Shown here: in pieces, positions 13,491 to 24,909 of the stretch | Position numbering within the stretch: the stretch's first letter is position 1 | Layout of the letters: every line of letters starts with the position of its first letter | Source of the DNA: Mobula hypostoma | Taxonomy: Eukaryota | NCBI RefSeq assembly: GCF_963921235.1 | Contig: NC_086101.1 | Location: forward strand, 6,388,001 to 6,452,000 | Reading direction: 5' to 3' | DNA: 64,000 nucleotides | Notes under the pieces: generated by a model | Told to the model about the DNA's origin: nothing | What the model saw: the letters and a program-made list of their open reading frames with translations, nothing else | Databases searched by the model: none | Translations under genes and position numbers: made by a program

Positions 13491-14239
13491 GATATTCCGG
13501 TGATGTCGACTATATCCAACAGATGTCGCCCGTTCCCAGTTCAATTCACCGACACCAGCAAGCATCACCATAACACTGTGAAAGTCAGTTTTTGTGCTGC
13601 TGCAATATATTAGGTAACGCGTAAAATGAAACCCTCGAATCAGCGGCTAATTACAGAGAAAGTTTAAAAGAACGACTTTAAAACGGCACGACGTTAAATT
13701 CCATCCAACGCCTGTAGGTGGCGATCTCGCTCCACGGAAGCAGCGTCATTCACAGCCTCCTTCACTGGCGGTGATTTACACTAAATTCTTAGATATCCGT
13801 TAGTAATATTGTGTTTGAGCTCCTGGCTTTCTCTCTGAAGCAGTAATTGAAACGGTTTGAACAGAGCTGAGGCCCAACCTGTTCGAACCTAACAGCAAGG
13901 ATGTGGTATTAAAAGTGACACCGTCCACCGTATGTGTCTTTGTGCTCCTGATGAGTGGTACTGTACATCAATATGAAATGTCCGCCACGGGTACAGATGT
14001 TATATCATGTTTTCAAAACCCTAGTCCTGTGAAATCCTGCACGAATTTTCTTCCGTTTTTGGAACCTAACTCGACTTTTCATCAGAACATTGCCAATACT
14101 AGAGATAATCTCATTAGCTAGCAATGGCAGGATCTCCCAAATTACAGTGTGGAACGGGCCTGCCCAACAAGCGCATCACAAAGAGAAACTCGCATCTCGC
14201 AAACGCTTTCCACTCGCACAGGAAGCTGCAATGTGCAAT

Positions 14240-14284
14240 GCATTCACAGACATAAGCAATTCTGCAGATCCTGGAAATCCAGAC

Positions 14285-14332
<48 letters not shown>

Positions 14333-15550
14333 CTGGAAGAACTCAGCAGGGCAAGTAGCATCTATGGATAGGAATAACTACCAATACTACTATGTCGACT
14401 CAGGCCTAGGGGGCCGGCGTCGGGAACGATGACGGACTCTCCACTTCTCCCTCTCCCTCATCAGTGCGTTCAGTTCATCTACAATAGCCGCGCCGCTGTC
14501 TTCTAGAAGCGTGTTGACCATAGTCTTGGGAGGGCGCCCAGGGTTCATCCTCCTGTGCTTGGGCTCTCATATGATGACTAGGCTGGCAGGTAGCTCGGGG
14601 TGGCGTAGACAGAGCCCCGCTAGTTGCAGTCTTCTCGCCTCGATTTTAGTGGTGAGCATCGGTAGGTCATTATAGAGCTCGATGTTTGTCATGTGCTGTT
14701 GCCAACTCACGTCAAGAGCCATCCGGAGCGTTCGTGTATAGCAACCATCTAGAGACTTTCACATCGTCTTGGTGAGTGTCCACGTCTCACATCCATATGT
14801 GAAAATGGACTCTATGACTGCTATGAAAATCCTCTTTTTAAGCCCTCTGGTCAGGTTCGACTTCCAGATTTCCTTCATGTCGTTCATAGCCCTGCACGCC
14901 AGCGCCTTCCGTATCTTTATGACCTCCGAACTCATCATTCTTGACCCGAGGTACTTGTAGGTAAAGACTTTCTTAATGGTTTCATTCTTTACGGTCTTGA
15001 GAGTACCTTCGTCGCAGTTAAACGCCATGTATAAACATATATAAGATAGGAATAAACAGTCGACGTTTCAGGCCGAGACCCTTCAACAGGGCTGGAGAGG
15101 CAGGGGACACAGGCCAGAATGAGAGTGCAGGTGGAACGGGATCACAGCTCACATGTGATAGGTGAAGCCGCAGAAAATGCAAAGGGCTGGAGAGGAAGGA
15201 ATCTGATAAGAGAGGAGAGCGGACCATGGGAGAAAGGGAGGGATGGATGCCAGGGAGAGGTCTTGGAGAAGTGAGAAGAGAAGGGGTGAGAGTTGGAATG
15301 GGAATGGAAAAGAGGCAAGTACGAGAAATTACCGAAAGTTGGAGAAATCGATGTTCATGCCATCAGTTTGGAGGCTGCCCAGTTAGGATATAAGGTGTTG
15401 TTCCTCCAACCTGTGTGGCCTCTTTGAGGCAGTAAAGGAGGCCGTGGACTGACATGTCAGAATGGGAATGGGAAGTCAAACTGAAATGGATGGCCACCAA
15501 GAAATCCCATCTTTTGTGGCAGACAGAGTGAATACGCTTGACAAAGGAAG
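14240..15550 (-). mobile_element. Penelope-like element 3' portion (GIY-YIG C-terminus + pLTR), interrupted by an RTE LINE
   Basis: Minus strand reads HSHSDMSVHGLLYC...RLEEQHLI...GMNIDFSNFR*; pLTR motif AAAATGCTGGAAGAACTCAGCAGG; mutated hammerhead at 15057-15094; (CA)n at 14288-14326. Confidence 0.8.
14378..15044 (-). mobile_element. RTE-clade LINE 3' fragment
   Basis: FTYKYLGS...YGCETWTLTK...LDGCYTRTLRMAL...GRPPKT; 11-bp TSD GATAGGAATAA (14367-14377, 15045-15055). Confidence 0.85.
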
Positions 15551-15559
15551 TCAGTAGTT

Positions 15560-16000
15560 CACGACGGAGGGGAATGAACTGTGGGGGTGTCTGTGGAGGG
15601 GAATGAACTGTGGGGGACGATGGGGGGAATGAACTGTGGGGGACAGACGATGGGGGAATGAACTGTGGGGGTGTCTGTGGAGGGGAATGAACTGTGGGGG
15701 TAATGATGGGGGTGTCTGTGGAGGGAAATGAACTGTGGGGGACAGACGATGGGGGAATGAACTGTGGGGGTGTCTGTGGAGGGGAATGAACTGTGGGGGT
15801 AACGATGGGGGTGTCTGTGGAGGGGAATGAACTGTGGGGGTAACGATGGAGGGGAATGAATCGGGGGATCTACGGAGGGGAATGAACTGTGGGGGACGAT
15901 GGAGGGGAATGAACTGTGGGGGACGATGGGGGGAATGAACTGTGGGGGTAACGACGGAGGGGAATGAACTGTGGGGGTAACGATGGAGGGGAATGAACTG
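15560..16000. repeat. G-rich minisatellite (core GGGGAATGAACTGTGGGGG)
   Basis: Repeated core with variable spacers. Confidence 0.93.
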
Positions 16001-16475
16001 TCAGCATTTGGGGCTGAGGCTCTCTGTCGGAATACTGTGCACTGATGTGATTTCGGAGTGTGGTCACGCTGAGGAAACTGGGCAGTGGAACGATAACTGG
16101 ATCAAGGGGTGGTTGTTGACCCAAACGTCACTACCCTGCCGTCTGCTGGGGGAGTTCCCATCACCCCATACCCCTACCCCCCACGTGAGAGGAGCCAGGA
16201 GTTCACTTTAGCACCTCTTCCCCAATGTGGCCCCCCGGCCCATGTGGTGCTGCCTCCAGACAGGACGGAGTGGGGATTCAGATCCAAGACCGGGAGAGTG
16301 GGGAGGGAAGGGAGAGGAGGGCAGCAGAAATGAAAGGAAAAGGGTTGGGTGAGGAAAACAACGATAATTGGGGTGGGGTGGGGCAAGACAAGTAAACAAT
16401 TGCATGTGGAAAGGATCATGCGAGGGGACGTGGTTACCAAGGGAGTGGGCGTGGATTCTGAGCGAGATCCAGATA

Positions 16476-16632
16476 ACCTCCTCATCTTCCCCTCCCCCTC
16501 CCACTTTCAAATCTCTTACTAGCTCTTCTTTCAGTTAGTTCTGACGAAGGGTCTCGGTCCGAAACGTCGACTGTACCTCTTCCTAGAGATGCTGCCTGGC
16601 CTGCTGCGTTCACCAGCAACTTTGATGTGTGT
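16476..16632 (+). mobile_element. Penelope pLTR fragment with hammerhead ribozyme motif (16537-16572)
   Basis: AGTT-CTGACGA-A-GGGT-CTCG-GTCC-GAAA-CG-TC-GACT followed by GATGCTGCCTGGCCTGCTGCGTTCACCAGCA. Confidence 0.8.
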
Positions 16633-16703
16633 GGCATTTTCCAGGAGCAGATTCCCAGGACTACCCTCACCACCCCTCCAGCCACAGTGAACCACAAACT
16701 CAC

Positions 16704-16758
16704 CAACTGATTCTTCATCTCCACCACCGTCTCGTTCTCGTTATAAAATCCAAAGTGG
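16704..16758 (-). CDS. PPT2: PPT2 coding exon 7
   Basis: ttttccag|HFGFYNENETVVEMKNQL|gtgagt; 55 nt. Confidence 0.95.
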
Positions 16759-16904
16759 CTGGAAAAGGAAAGTGGGAAGGGAGGGGTCAGAGAGGATGAT
16801 CGGCCGGGAACAGCACCGAGGTGGAGGTGAGGAGACGAGGGAGAGGGGTGGAGGAGAGAGAAGGGGGAGTGAGATGGGTGAGAGAGAGGGTTGAGTGAAT
16901 TGGG

Positions 16905-17300
16905 GGAGAGACAGGAGAGACGTGGTGGAGAGACGGACAGGGAGGCAGATGTGGCGAAGAGTCGGTGGGGAGACGTGGTGGAGAGACGGGCGGGGGGGCA
17001 GACGTGGTGGAGAGACGGGCGGGGGGGCAGACGTGGCAGAGAGTCAGTGGGGAGACGTGGTGGAGAGACGGACGGGGGCAGACGTGGTGGAGAGACGGAT
17101 GGGGGGCAGACGTGGTGGAGAGACGGATGGGGGTCAGACGTGGTGGAGAGCTGGGCGGGGGGGCAGGCGTGGCGGAGAGTCGGTGGGGAGACGTGGTGGA
17201 GATACGGGCGGGGGGGCAGGCGTGGCAGAGAGTCAGTGGGGAGACGTGATGGAGAGACGGACGGACGGGCAGACGTGGCGGAGAGTCGGTGGGGAGATGT
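16905..17300. repeat. G-rich minisatellite (AGACGTGGTGGAGAGACGG...GGGGGC) in intron 6
   Basis: Variable ~24-30 bp units. Confidence 0.92.
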
Positions 17301-17519
17301 GCCAGGTGATGGGGCGGAGTGACTGGGATCGCGGTGGAGAGATGGGGGTGGGAGATGGGGATGGGTGCATGGCTGAGAGACGGAGGGGGGAGATGTGGCC
17401 GAGAGATAGTGCGGGAGAAGGGACACAAGGTTGAGGGACAGAAAGGTGAGGTGTGTGCCACCCTCCCCCCAGGTGTGGCCCCGCAGGTGAATGGACCCCA
17501 CCCCCCCCAACAGCTGTAC

Positions 17520-17604
17520 CTGGACTGCCAGGGGGTGATAACACCATCGTCCGGCCCTCCAATCAGAACAAGCTGCTTCAACCTCAGGAAATTCTTCTTC
17601 CATA
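17520..17604 (-). CDS. PPT2: PPT2 coding exon 6 (catalytic Asp213 in GPDDGVI)
   Basis: ctgccag|[28 protein letters not shown](S)|gtacag; 85 nt. Confidence 0.96.
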
Positions 17605-18139
17605 CTGGCAGAGAAAGGACAAAACAGTGTCAACCGGGGTGGTGGGGCGAGGTCTCAGTCTGTCACTGCCCACAGCAGTCACCTGCTCCTCCATCCCTGC
17701 TCCCCTCCGGGCCTGAGTGATAGTGAGCTTATGGTGTACATTAGTACTGGGATCTTGCTGTTCACTAGGGTCACGTGACACCACTCCCCGTCTGGGACCA
17801 TGTGCAGCGTGAGGTTACGGTGCACATTAATCTGTGGGATCTTGCCGTTCAGTGTGTAGGCACCGCCTTCCCCCTCAAGGGATGGTGTCCCTGCCCCGGG
17901 CTCTAACAGTGCCGAGCGGGGTGGGGTGTGTGAGGGAGGGGAAAGAGCAGCGATGGATAATAACTAATGAACAGGTTGTGGATTGTGTGCGGCTGGTAAC
18001 CGGGAACTTCAGATGCAGTCCACAAGTACAGCAGTGAAGACAGCCAAGTTTCAGCACCTTCACTAACTGTGTCACAGTGTGCACTCACTGTTGGAATAGA
18101 AAACTGGATTTTCTATTAACCTATTTAGATGTGTCAATA

Positions 18140-19310
18140 ATCAATTTAGTCTGCAAGAATCTTTCATCCTCAGCCTTAATACAGCCAGTGACCTGGCCTC
18201 CATATCAACGTTTCGCAATGAATTCCACAGATTCACCATCCCCTCACCTAAAGAACTTCCTCCTCATCTCCATTCTAAATGGACGTCCCTCAATCCTGAG
18301 GCTCTGCCCTCAGACTCCCTCGCCTCGGAAACATCCTGTCCACATCTGCTCTTTGAACATTCGATAGGTTTCAAAGGGATTCCCCCCCCCCATTCTTCTA
18401 ATTTCCAGAGAAATTTAGAACGCCACTAATCGCTCCTCATACATTAAGACTTTCATTCCCAGAATCGTTCTTGTAAACCTCCTCCAAACCCCTCCAATGT
18501 CAGCACGTTGTTTTTCAGATCGGTGTCCCAAAACTGCTCACAATCCTCCAGGTGAGACCTCACCAGTGCCTTATAAAGCCTCAGCATTACATACTTGAAG
18601 TAAGTCCATAAAATATACGAGCAGAATTAGACCATCTGACCCATCAAGTCTGCTCTGTCATTTCATCATGGCTAATCCAATTTTCCTCTCAGCTCCAATC
18701 TATAGTCATAGTCACACTTTATTGATCCTGGGAGAAATTGGTTTTCGTTACAGTTGCACCATAAATAATTAAATAATAATAAAACCATAAATAATTAAAT
18801 AGTAATATGTAAATTATGCCAGGAAATAGGTCCAGGACCAGCCTACAACAGGAATTCTGCAGATGCTGGAAACTCAAGCAACACACATCAAAGTTGCTGG
18901 TGAACACAGCAGGCCAGGCAGCATCTCTAGGAAGAGGTGCAGTCGACGTTTCAGGCCGAGACCCTTGGAACATTTGCAATTTTCCAGTTTTCAAGAACCA
19001 TGCCAGAATCTAGTGATTCTTGAAAGATCACTTCTAATACTCAATAATCTCTTCAGCTACCTCTTTCAGAACCCTAGGGTGTAGACTGTCTGGTCCAGGT
19101 GATTTACCAACCTTCAGACCTGTCAGCTTACCAAGCACCTTCTCCCTTGTAATAGGAACTTCCCCCTGACACGTGTGAACTTCCGGCATACTGCTAGTGT
19201 CCTCCACAGTAATGACAGCTGCAAAATACTTATTCAGTTCTTCTGCCATTCCCTTGTTCCCCATTACCACCTCTCCAGCATCATTTTCAAGCGGTCCAAT
19301 ATCTTCTCTT
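18140..19310 (-). mobile_element. Cluster of CR1 fragments with a Rex1-type 3' tail (~18700-18843) and a Penelope pLTR piece (~18845-18966)
   Basis: KVGKSPGPDSLHPRVLKEVAEEI; (GTCATA) tail; GATGCTGGAAACTC...GTCGACGTTTC. Confidence 0.75.
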
Positions 19311-19867
19311 TATCTTATTTTTTTTTTTGCGCTGCATCCTATCCAGACTAACAATTATTTCATTTACACTTGTGTACAAGAAATTACTTTAACCAACCCT
19401 GAATCTTGAAAATCTGTTTTCCCAGTCTCTGTGTAATCATTGCCAACTGAGAATGCAGCACATTCGCATAATGGCTACCGTAATGCGTAACAGTGTCAAT
19501 TCCTGCCACTGTCTGTCAGCAGTTTGCAAGTTCACTCCGTGATCATGTGGGTTTGCTCTGGGTTCCCGTTTCCTCCCACTTTCCAAAGATGAACAGGTAA
19601 GGTTGGTACGTTGTGGGTAAGCTTTGTGGTATAATGACACTTGCAGACTGCACAATCCTCGGACTTTGCTTGTCATTTAAGCAAATGAAGCATTTAGCTG
19701 CGCCAAAGTGTTGATGTACATGTGACAATGCTAATCTTTAAAATGTTCAGAAGATGAATTAAATTCATGTACAGGTCGATAAGTTTTAGTCTCCTAGTGC
19801 GCACCAGTTTTAATCGGACACCCGCTACTTCATACACCACTTCTGCATGATCTTTCAGCTTGCTCCT

Positions 19868-20015
19868 ACAGGTGTGTGTATGTGTGTGTGTGAGAGAGAG
19901 TATGGTGTGTATACGTTTGTGTGCCTGTGTGTGTGTGTGGTGTGTATGGATTTGTGTACATCTGTGTGTGTGAGAGAGAGAGAGAGAGAGACACACACAC
20001 ACACACACACTCACA
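19868..20015. repeat. Compound (TG)n/(GA)n/(CA)n microsatellite just downstream of exon 5
   Basis: Direct reading. Confidence 0.9.
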
Positions 20016-20086
20016 CAGGACGGTATGGAGAGTGTGTATAGTCTGCCCACGCTGGGTCCCAGGAGGTTGCGCAAGACTGCAGTTAC

Positions 20087-20170
20087 CTGTGGCATTGGGG
20101 TTCTGTGTCTCGTTGTTGAGGACAGCCAGGTAGTTACTGAAGTTGAGGTACATGTCGTGATGGTGAGGGT
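20087..20170 (-). CDS. PPT2: PPT2 coding exon 5
   Basis: gttctag|DPHHHDMYLNFSNYLAVLNNETQNPNAT|gtaac; 84 nt. Confidence 0.95.
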
Positions 20171-20299
20171 CTAGAACAGGCAGAGAGACACGTCAGGCAA
20201 CTGAACACAATGTGACTTCACCCACAGGCAGAACAGTCACTTGGACATTACACACAGTTAAGAGGTTATGAGTAAAACAGATTCACACACTACCCACAG

Positions 20300-20682
20300 A
20301 GACAGTACGACCACCAAACACAGACTCACACCGCACACATACACAGGAAGCACTACACACTCATTCACACTGTACACAGAGACAGGGAGACTGCTACACA
20401 CTCATTCACACAGTACATACACACAGTGAGACCACCGAGCACTGACTCACACTGCACACAGAGACAGGGAGACCACAAACACTGACTCAGATACTGACAC
20501 TGTACACAGGACAGAGAGAGACCACTACACACTCACACTGTACAAAGACAGTGAGATGACTACACACTGACTCACACCGTACAGTGACAGTGAGATTACT
20601 ACACACTGACCCACACTGTACAGAGACAGAGATCACTACACACTGACTCACACTGTACAGTTAGAAAGCTGCACATTGACTC
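20300..20682. repeat. Degenerate 38-40 bp minisatellite (left part)
   Basis: CACTACACACTGACTCACACTGTACAGAGACAGTGAGAC-like units. Confidence 0.8.
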
Positions 20683-23600
20683 CATAACTATAAGACCATA
20701 AGACATAGGAGCAGAATTAGGCCCATCAAGTCTACTCTGCTATTCAATCATGGCTGATCCTTTTTTCCTCCTCCTCAACCCCAGTTCCCGGCTTTCTCCC
20801 CATAACTTTTGATGCCCTGTCCAATCAAGAACCTATCAAGCTCTACCTTAAATATACCCAATGACCTGGCCTCCACAGCTGCATGTGGCAACAAATTCCA
20901 CAAATTCACCACCTTTTGCCTAAAGAAATTTCTCCACATCTCCGTTTTGAAAGGGCGCCCCTCTATCCTGAGGCTCTGCCCTCTTGTCCTCGACTCTCCC
21001 ACTATGGGAAACATCCTTTCCACATCTACTATGTCTAGGCTTTTCATCATTCGAAAGGATTCAGTGAGATCCCCCCTCATCCTTCTAAATTACTGCGCGT
21101 ACAAACCCAGAGCCAACAAACTTTCCTCATATGATAACCCTTTCATTCCTGGAATCATCCTTGTGAACCTCCTCTGGACCCTCTCCAATGCCAGCACATC
21201 TTTTCCAAGATGAGGAGCCCAAAACTGTCACAGTACTCAAGGTGAGGCCTCAGCAGTGCCTGATAAAGCCTCAGCATCACATCCTTGCTCTTGTACTCTA
21301 GACCTCTTGAAATGAATGCTAACATCGCCTTCCTCACCACCAACTCAACCTGCAAGTTAACCTTTAGGGTTCTGCACAAGGACTCCAAAGTCCCTTTGCA
21401 CCTGAGATTTTTGGATTTTCTCCCCATTTAGAAAATAGTCTGCACGTTGAGGATTCACCTCATTCTCCCTTATTAGGGAGAGAGAGAACCTGTGGTATGT
21501 TGAATGCCGGGTGAAATGCTAAGTCTTTGGGGTAACTGCGAGTCTGTGTCTTTGCTATTGCTTTGCTCACGCTTGAGTGCTCGGTGGGGGTGCAGATGCT
21601 ATTTTTTTTGCCGGTGGGGGGGAGGGGGGATTGTTGCTCGCTGTCGCTTACACATGGGGGGGGAAGCTGAGGGGGCATTGGGGTTCTCACGTTTAACTGG
21701 CATTCATTCTTTGGGGCACTTCTCTGTTTTCGTGGATGTTTGCGAAGAAAAAACATTTCAGGATGTATATTGTATACATTTCTCTGACTTCAAATTGAAC
21801 CTTCCAACTTTTGAACATTTGTTCATTGGTTCCTAAGGGTTCTTTTACCTTAGGCTCCCTAATCACCTCTGGTTCAGTACATAACACCCAATCCAGTATA
21901 GCTGATCCCGTAGTAGGCTCGATGATAAACGGCTCTAAAATGCCATCTCTTTGGCATTCAACAAACTCACTCTCTGGAGATCCATTACCAACCTGATTTT
22001 CCCAATCCACCTGCATGTTAAAATCTCCCATGACTATCATAACATTGCCCTTTTGACACGCCTTTTCTATTTCCTGTTGTAATCTGTGGTCCACCTCCCA
22101 GCTCTGTTGGGAGGCCTGTATATAACTGACATCAACGTCCCTTTATCCTTGCAGTTTCTTAACTCAACCCACAAATATTCAACATCTTTCGATCCTGTGT
22201 CACATTCTTCTACTGATTTGATGCCATTCTTTACCAGTGGAGCCACACCACCCCCTCTGCCTACCTTCCTATCACTCCGATATAATGTGTAACCTTGGAC
22301 ATTCAGCTCCCAACGACAACCATCCTTCAGCCACAATTCAGTGATGGCCACAACATCATACCTGGCAATCTGCAATCGTGCAACAAGATCATCCACTTTA
22401 TTTCTTATACTACGTGCATTTAGATACAACACCTTGAGGACCGCATTTGCTGTCCTTTCTGATTCTGCATCCCTGATGTTTTGATACTCAGCCTGTTGGC
22501 TGCAACTGAGTCTCATCACCTGCCTGCCCTTCCTGACAGTCTGACTGCACGCTGTCTTTACATTTTTACCGTCCGTCCTATCCTGAGTCCCTTCACTCCA
22601 GTTCCCACCCCTCTGCCAAATTAGTTTAAACCCTCCCCAACAGCTCTAACAAACCTGCCCGCGAGAATATTGGTTCCCCTCGGGTTCAGGTGCAACCCAT
22701 CACTTTTGAACAGGTCAGACCTCCCCCAGAAGAGATCCCAGTGATCCAAGAACCTGAAGCCCTGTCCCTGCACCAGCTTCTCAGCCACACATTTATCTGC
22801 CAAATCATCCTGTTTCTACTCTCACTGGCTCAAAGCCAAGATTGGACTTATAAAGCCCATAAGTAGATCAACAGAACGAAAACCATCATGCTCGACCTCG
22901 AGGGATAGCCACGACGACGACCCTCACTGGTGCGTGGCACAGGCAGCAATCCAGAAATTACTACCTGGGCGGTCCTGCTTCTCAGCTTTCTACCTAGCTC
23001 TCTAAATTCTCTTTTCAGGACCTCATTGTGTTTCCTTCCTATGTCACTGGTACCAACATGTACCAAGACATCTGGCTGCTCCCCCTCCCTCTCCAAAACG
23101 TTGTGGACGCGATCTGAAACATCCCCTGGGAGCCTGGCACCTGGGAGGCAACATACCATCCGGGTGTCCCGTTCACGTCCACAGAATCTCCGGTCTGTTC
23201 CCCTGACTGCTGAGTTCCTTATCACTACCACTCCCCTCTTCTCTCTCTCTTTCCCTTCTGCTCGGTGCCTGTAACCTGGTTGCCATGGCATTCCCCTGGG
23301 AGGTCATTCCCCCACAACAGTATCCAAAATGGTATACTTTTATTGAGGGGAACAGCCACAGGGGTGCTCTGCTCTAACTGCCTGTTCACGTTTCCATTCC
23401 TCCTGACAGTCACCCAGCTACTCGTCTCCTGCAACTTAGGGGTGACTACTTCCCTGTAACTCTGATTGATTATTTCCTCACTCTCCCGTACAAGCTGAAG
23501 GTCATCCAGCTGCTGCTCCAGATCCCTAACACGGTCTTCAAGGAGCTGCAGCCAGATGCACTTCACACAGATGTGGTCCCTGGAGACTCTGGGTCTCCCA

Positions 23601-23790
23601 GGACTCTAACATCTGGCATGAAGAACACACAATGGCCATTTACTTTGCCAGGTACAATAAGACAAGAACAAAAAGGAAACGTTAACAGAAACTTTCGAGC
23701 AGAAGCCTCCTTTGAGCCAAAGTATGATTCTTCTACTCTCGACTCTGGCCTACTCCTGACAACGGCTGCCCCGCATGTCCCTCATGTACT
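20683..23790 (-). mobile_element. Internally deleted CR1 with ORF1 (SGNH esterase), ORF2 endonuclease start and 3' end; separate + strand insert at ~21460-21815
   Basis: VLVHVGTSDIGRK and DGLHLN (esterase); YLNARSIRNK, YRPPN, GDFN (APE); 3' tail TAAGACCATAAGACATAGG. Confidence 0.88.
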
Positions 23791-23796
23791 TCCTCA

Positions 23797-24720
23797 ACTC
23801 ACACTGTACAGAGACAGTGAGATCACTACACACTGACCCACACTGTACACGGAGACAGTGAGACCACTACACTCTGACCCACACTGTACAGAGACAGTGA
23901 GACCACTACACTCTGACCCACACTGTACAGTGACAGTGAGACCACTACACACTGACCCACACTGTACACAGAGACAGTGAGACCACTACACACTGACTCA
24001 CACTGTACAGTGACAGTGAGACCACTACACACTGACTCACACTGTACAGAGACAGTGAGACCACTACACTCTGACCCACACTGTACAGAGACAGTGAGAC
24101 CACTACACACTGACCCACACTGTACAGTGACAGTGAGACCACTACACACTGACCCACACTGTACACAGAGACAGTGAGACCACTACACACTGACTCACAC
24201 TGTACAGTGACAGTGAGACCACTACACACTGACTCACACTGTACATGGAGACAGTGAGACCACTACACACTGACACACACTGTACACGGAGACAGTGAGA
24301 TCACTACACACTGACTCACACTGTACACAGAGACAGTGAGACCACTACACATTGACTCACACTGTACAGAGACAGTGAAACCACTACACACTGTACAGAG
24401 AGACAATGAGACCACTACACACTGACCCACACTGTACACAGAGACAGTGAGACCACTACACACTGACTCACACTGTACAGTGACAGTGAGACCACTACAC
24501 ACTGACTCACACTGTACATGGAGACAGTGAGACCACTACACACTGACTCAAACTGTACAGTGACAGTGAGACCACTACACACTGACTCACACTGTACATG
24601 GAGACAGTGAGACCACTACACACTGACTCACACTGTACACAGAGACAGTGAGATCACTACACACTGACTCACACTGTACACGGAGACAGTGAGACCACTA
24701 CACACTGAATCACACTGCAC
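23797..24720. repeat. 38-40 bp minisatellite (right part)
   Basis: CACTACACACTGAC(C/T)CACACTGTACA(CA)GAGACAGTGAGAC, >20 copies. Confidence 0.96.
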
Positions 24721-24909
24721 ACACAGAACAGGTAGAGAAAAACACATCAAATCTCACAGAGCAGAGTTAATGTATTCTCACACTGGGCACAGAACACAGA
24801 GCCTGAATGTCACATACTGTACACAGAGACTATATGTAATACCCCTACATTCACTTTGACAGACAGTATGACGTTTGTGTGAAACACTGACGTAAACACT
24901 GTATACAGA

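Noticed and set aside
16482..17720. Long Pro/Gly/Arg-rich ORFs
   Set aside because: Read-through of the G-rich minisatellite overlapping real exons 6 and 7
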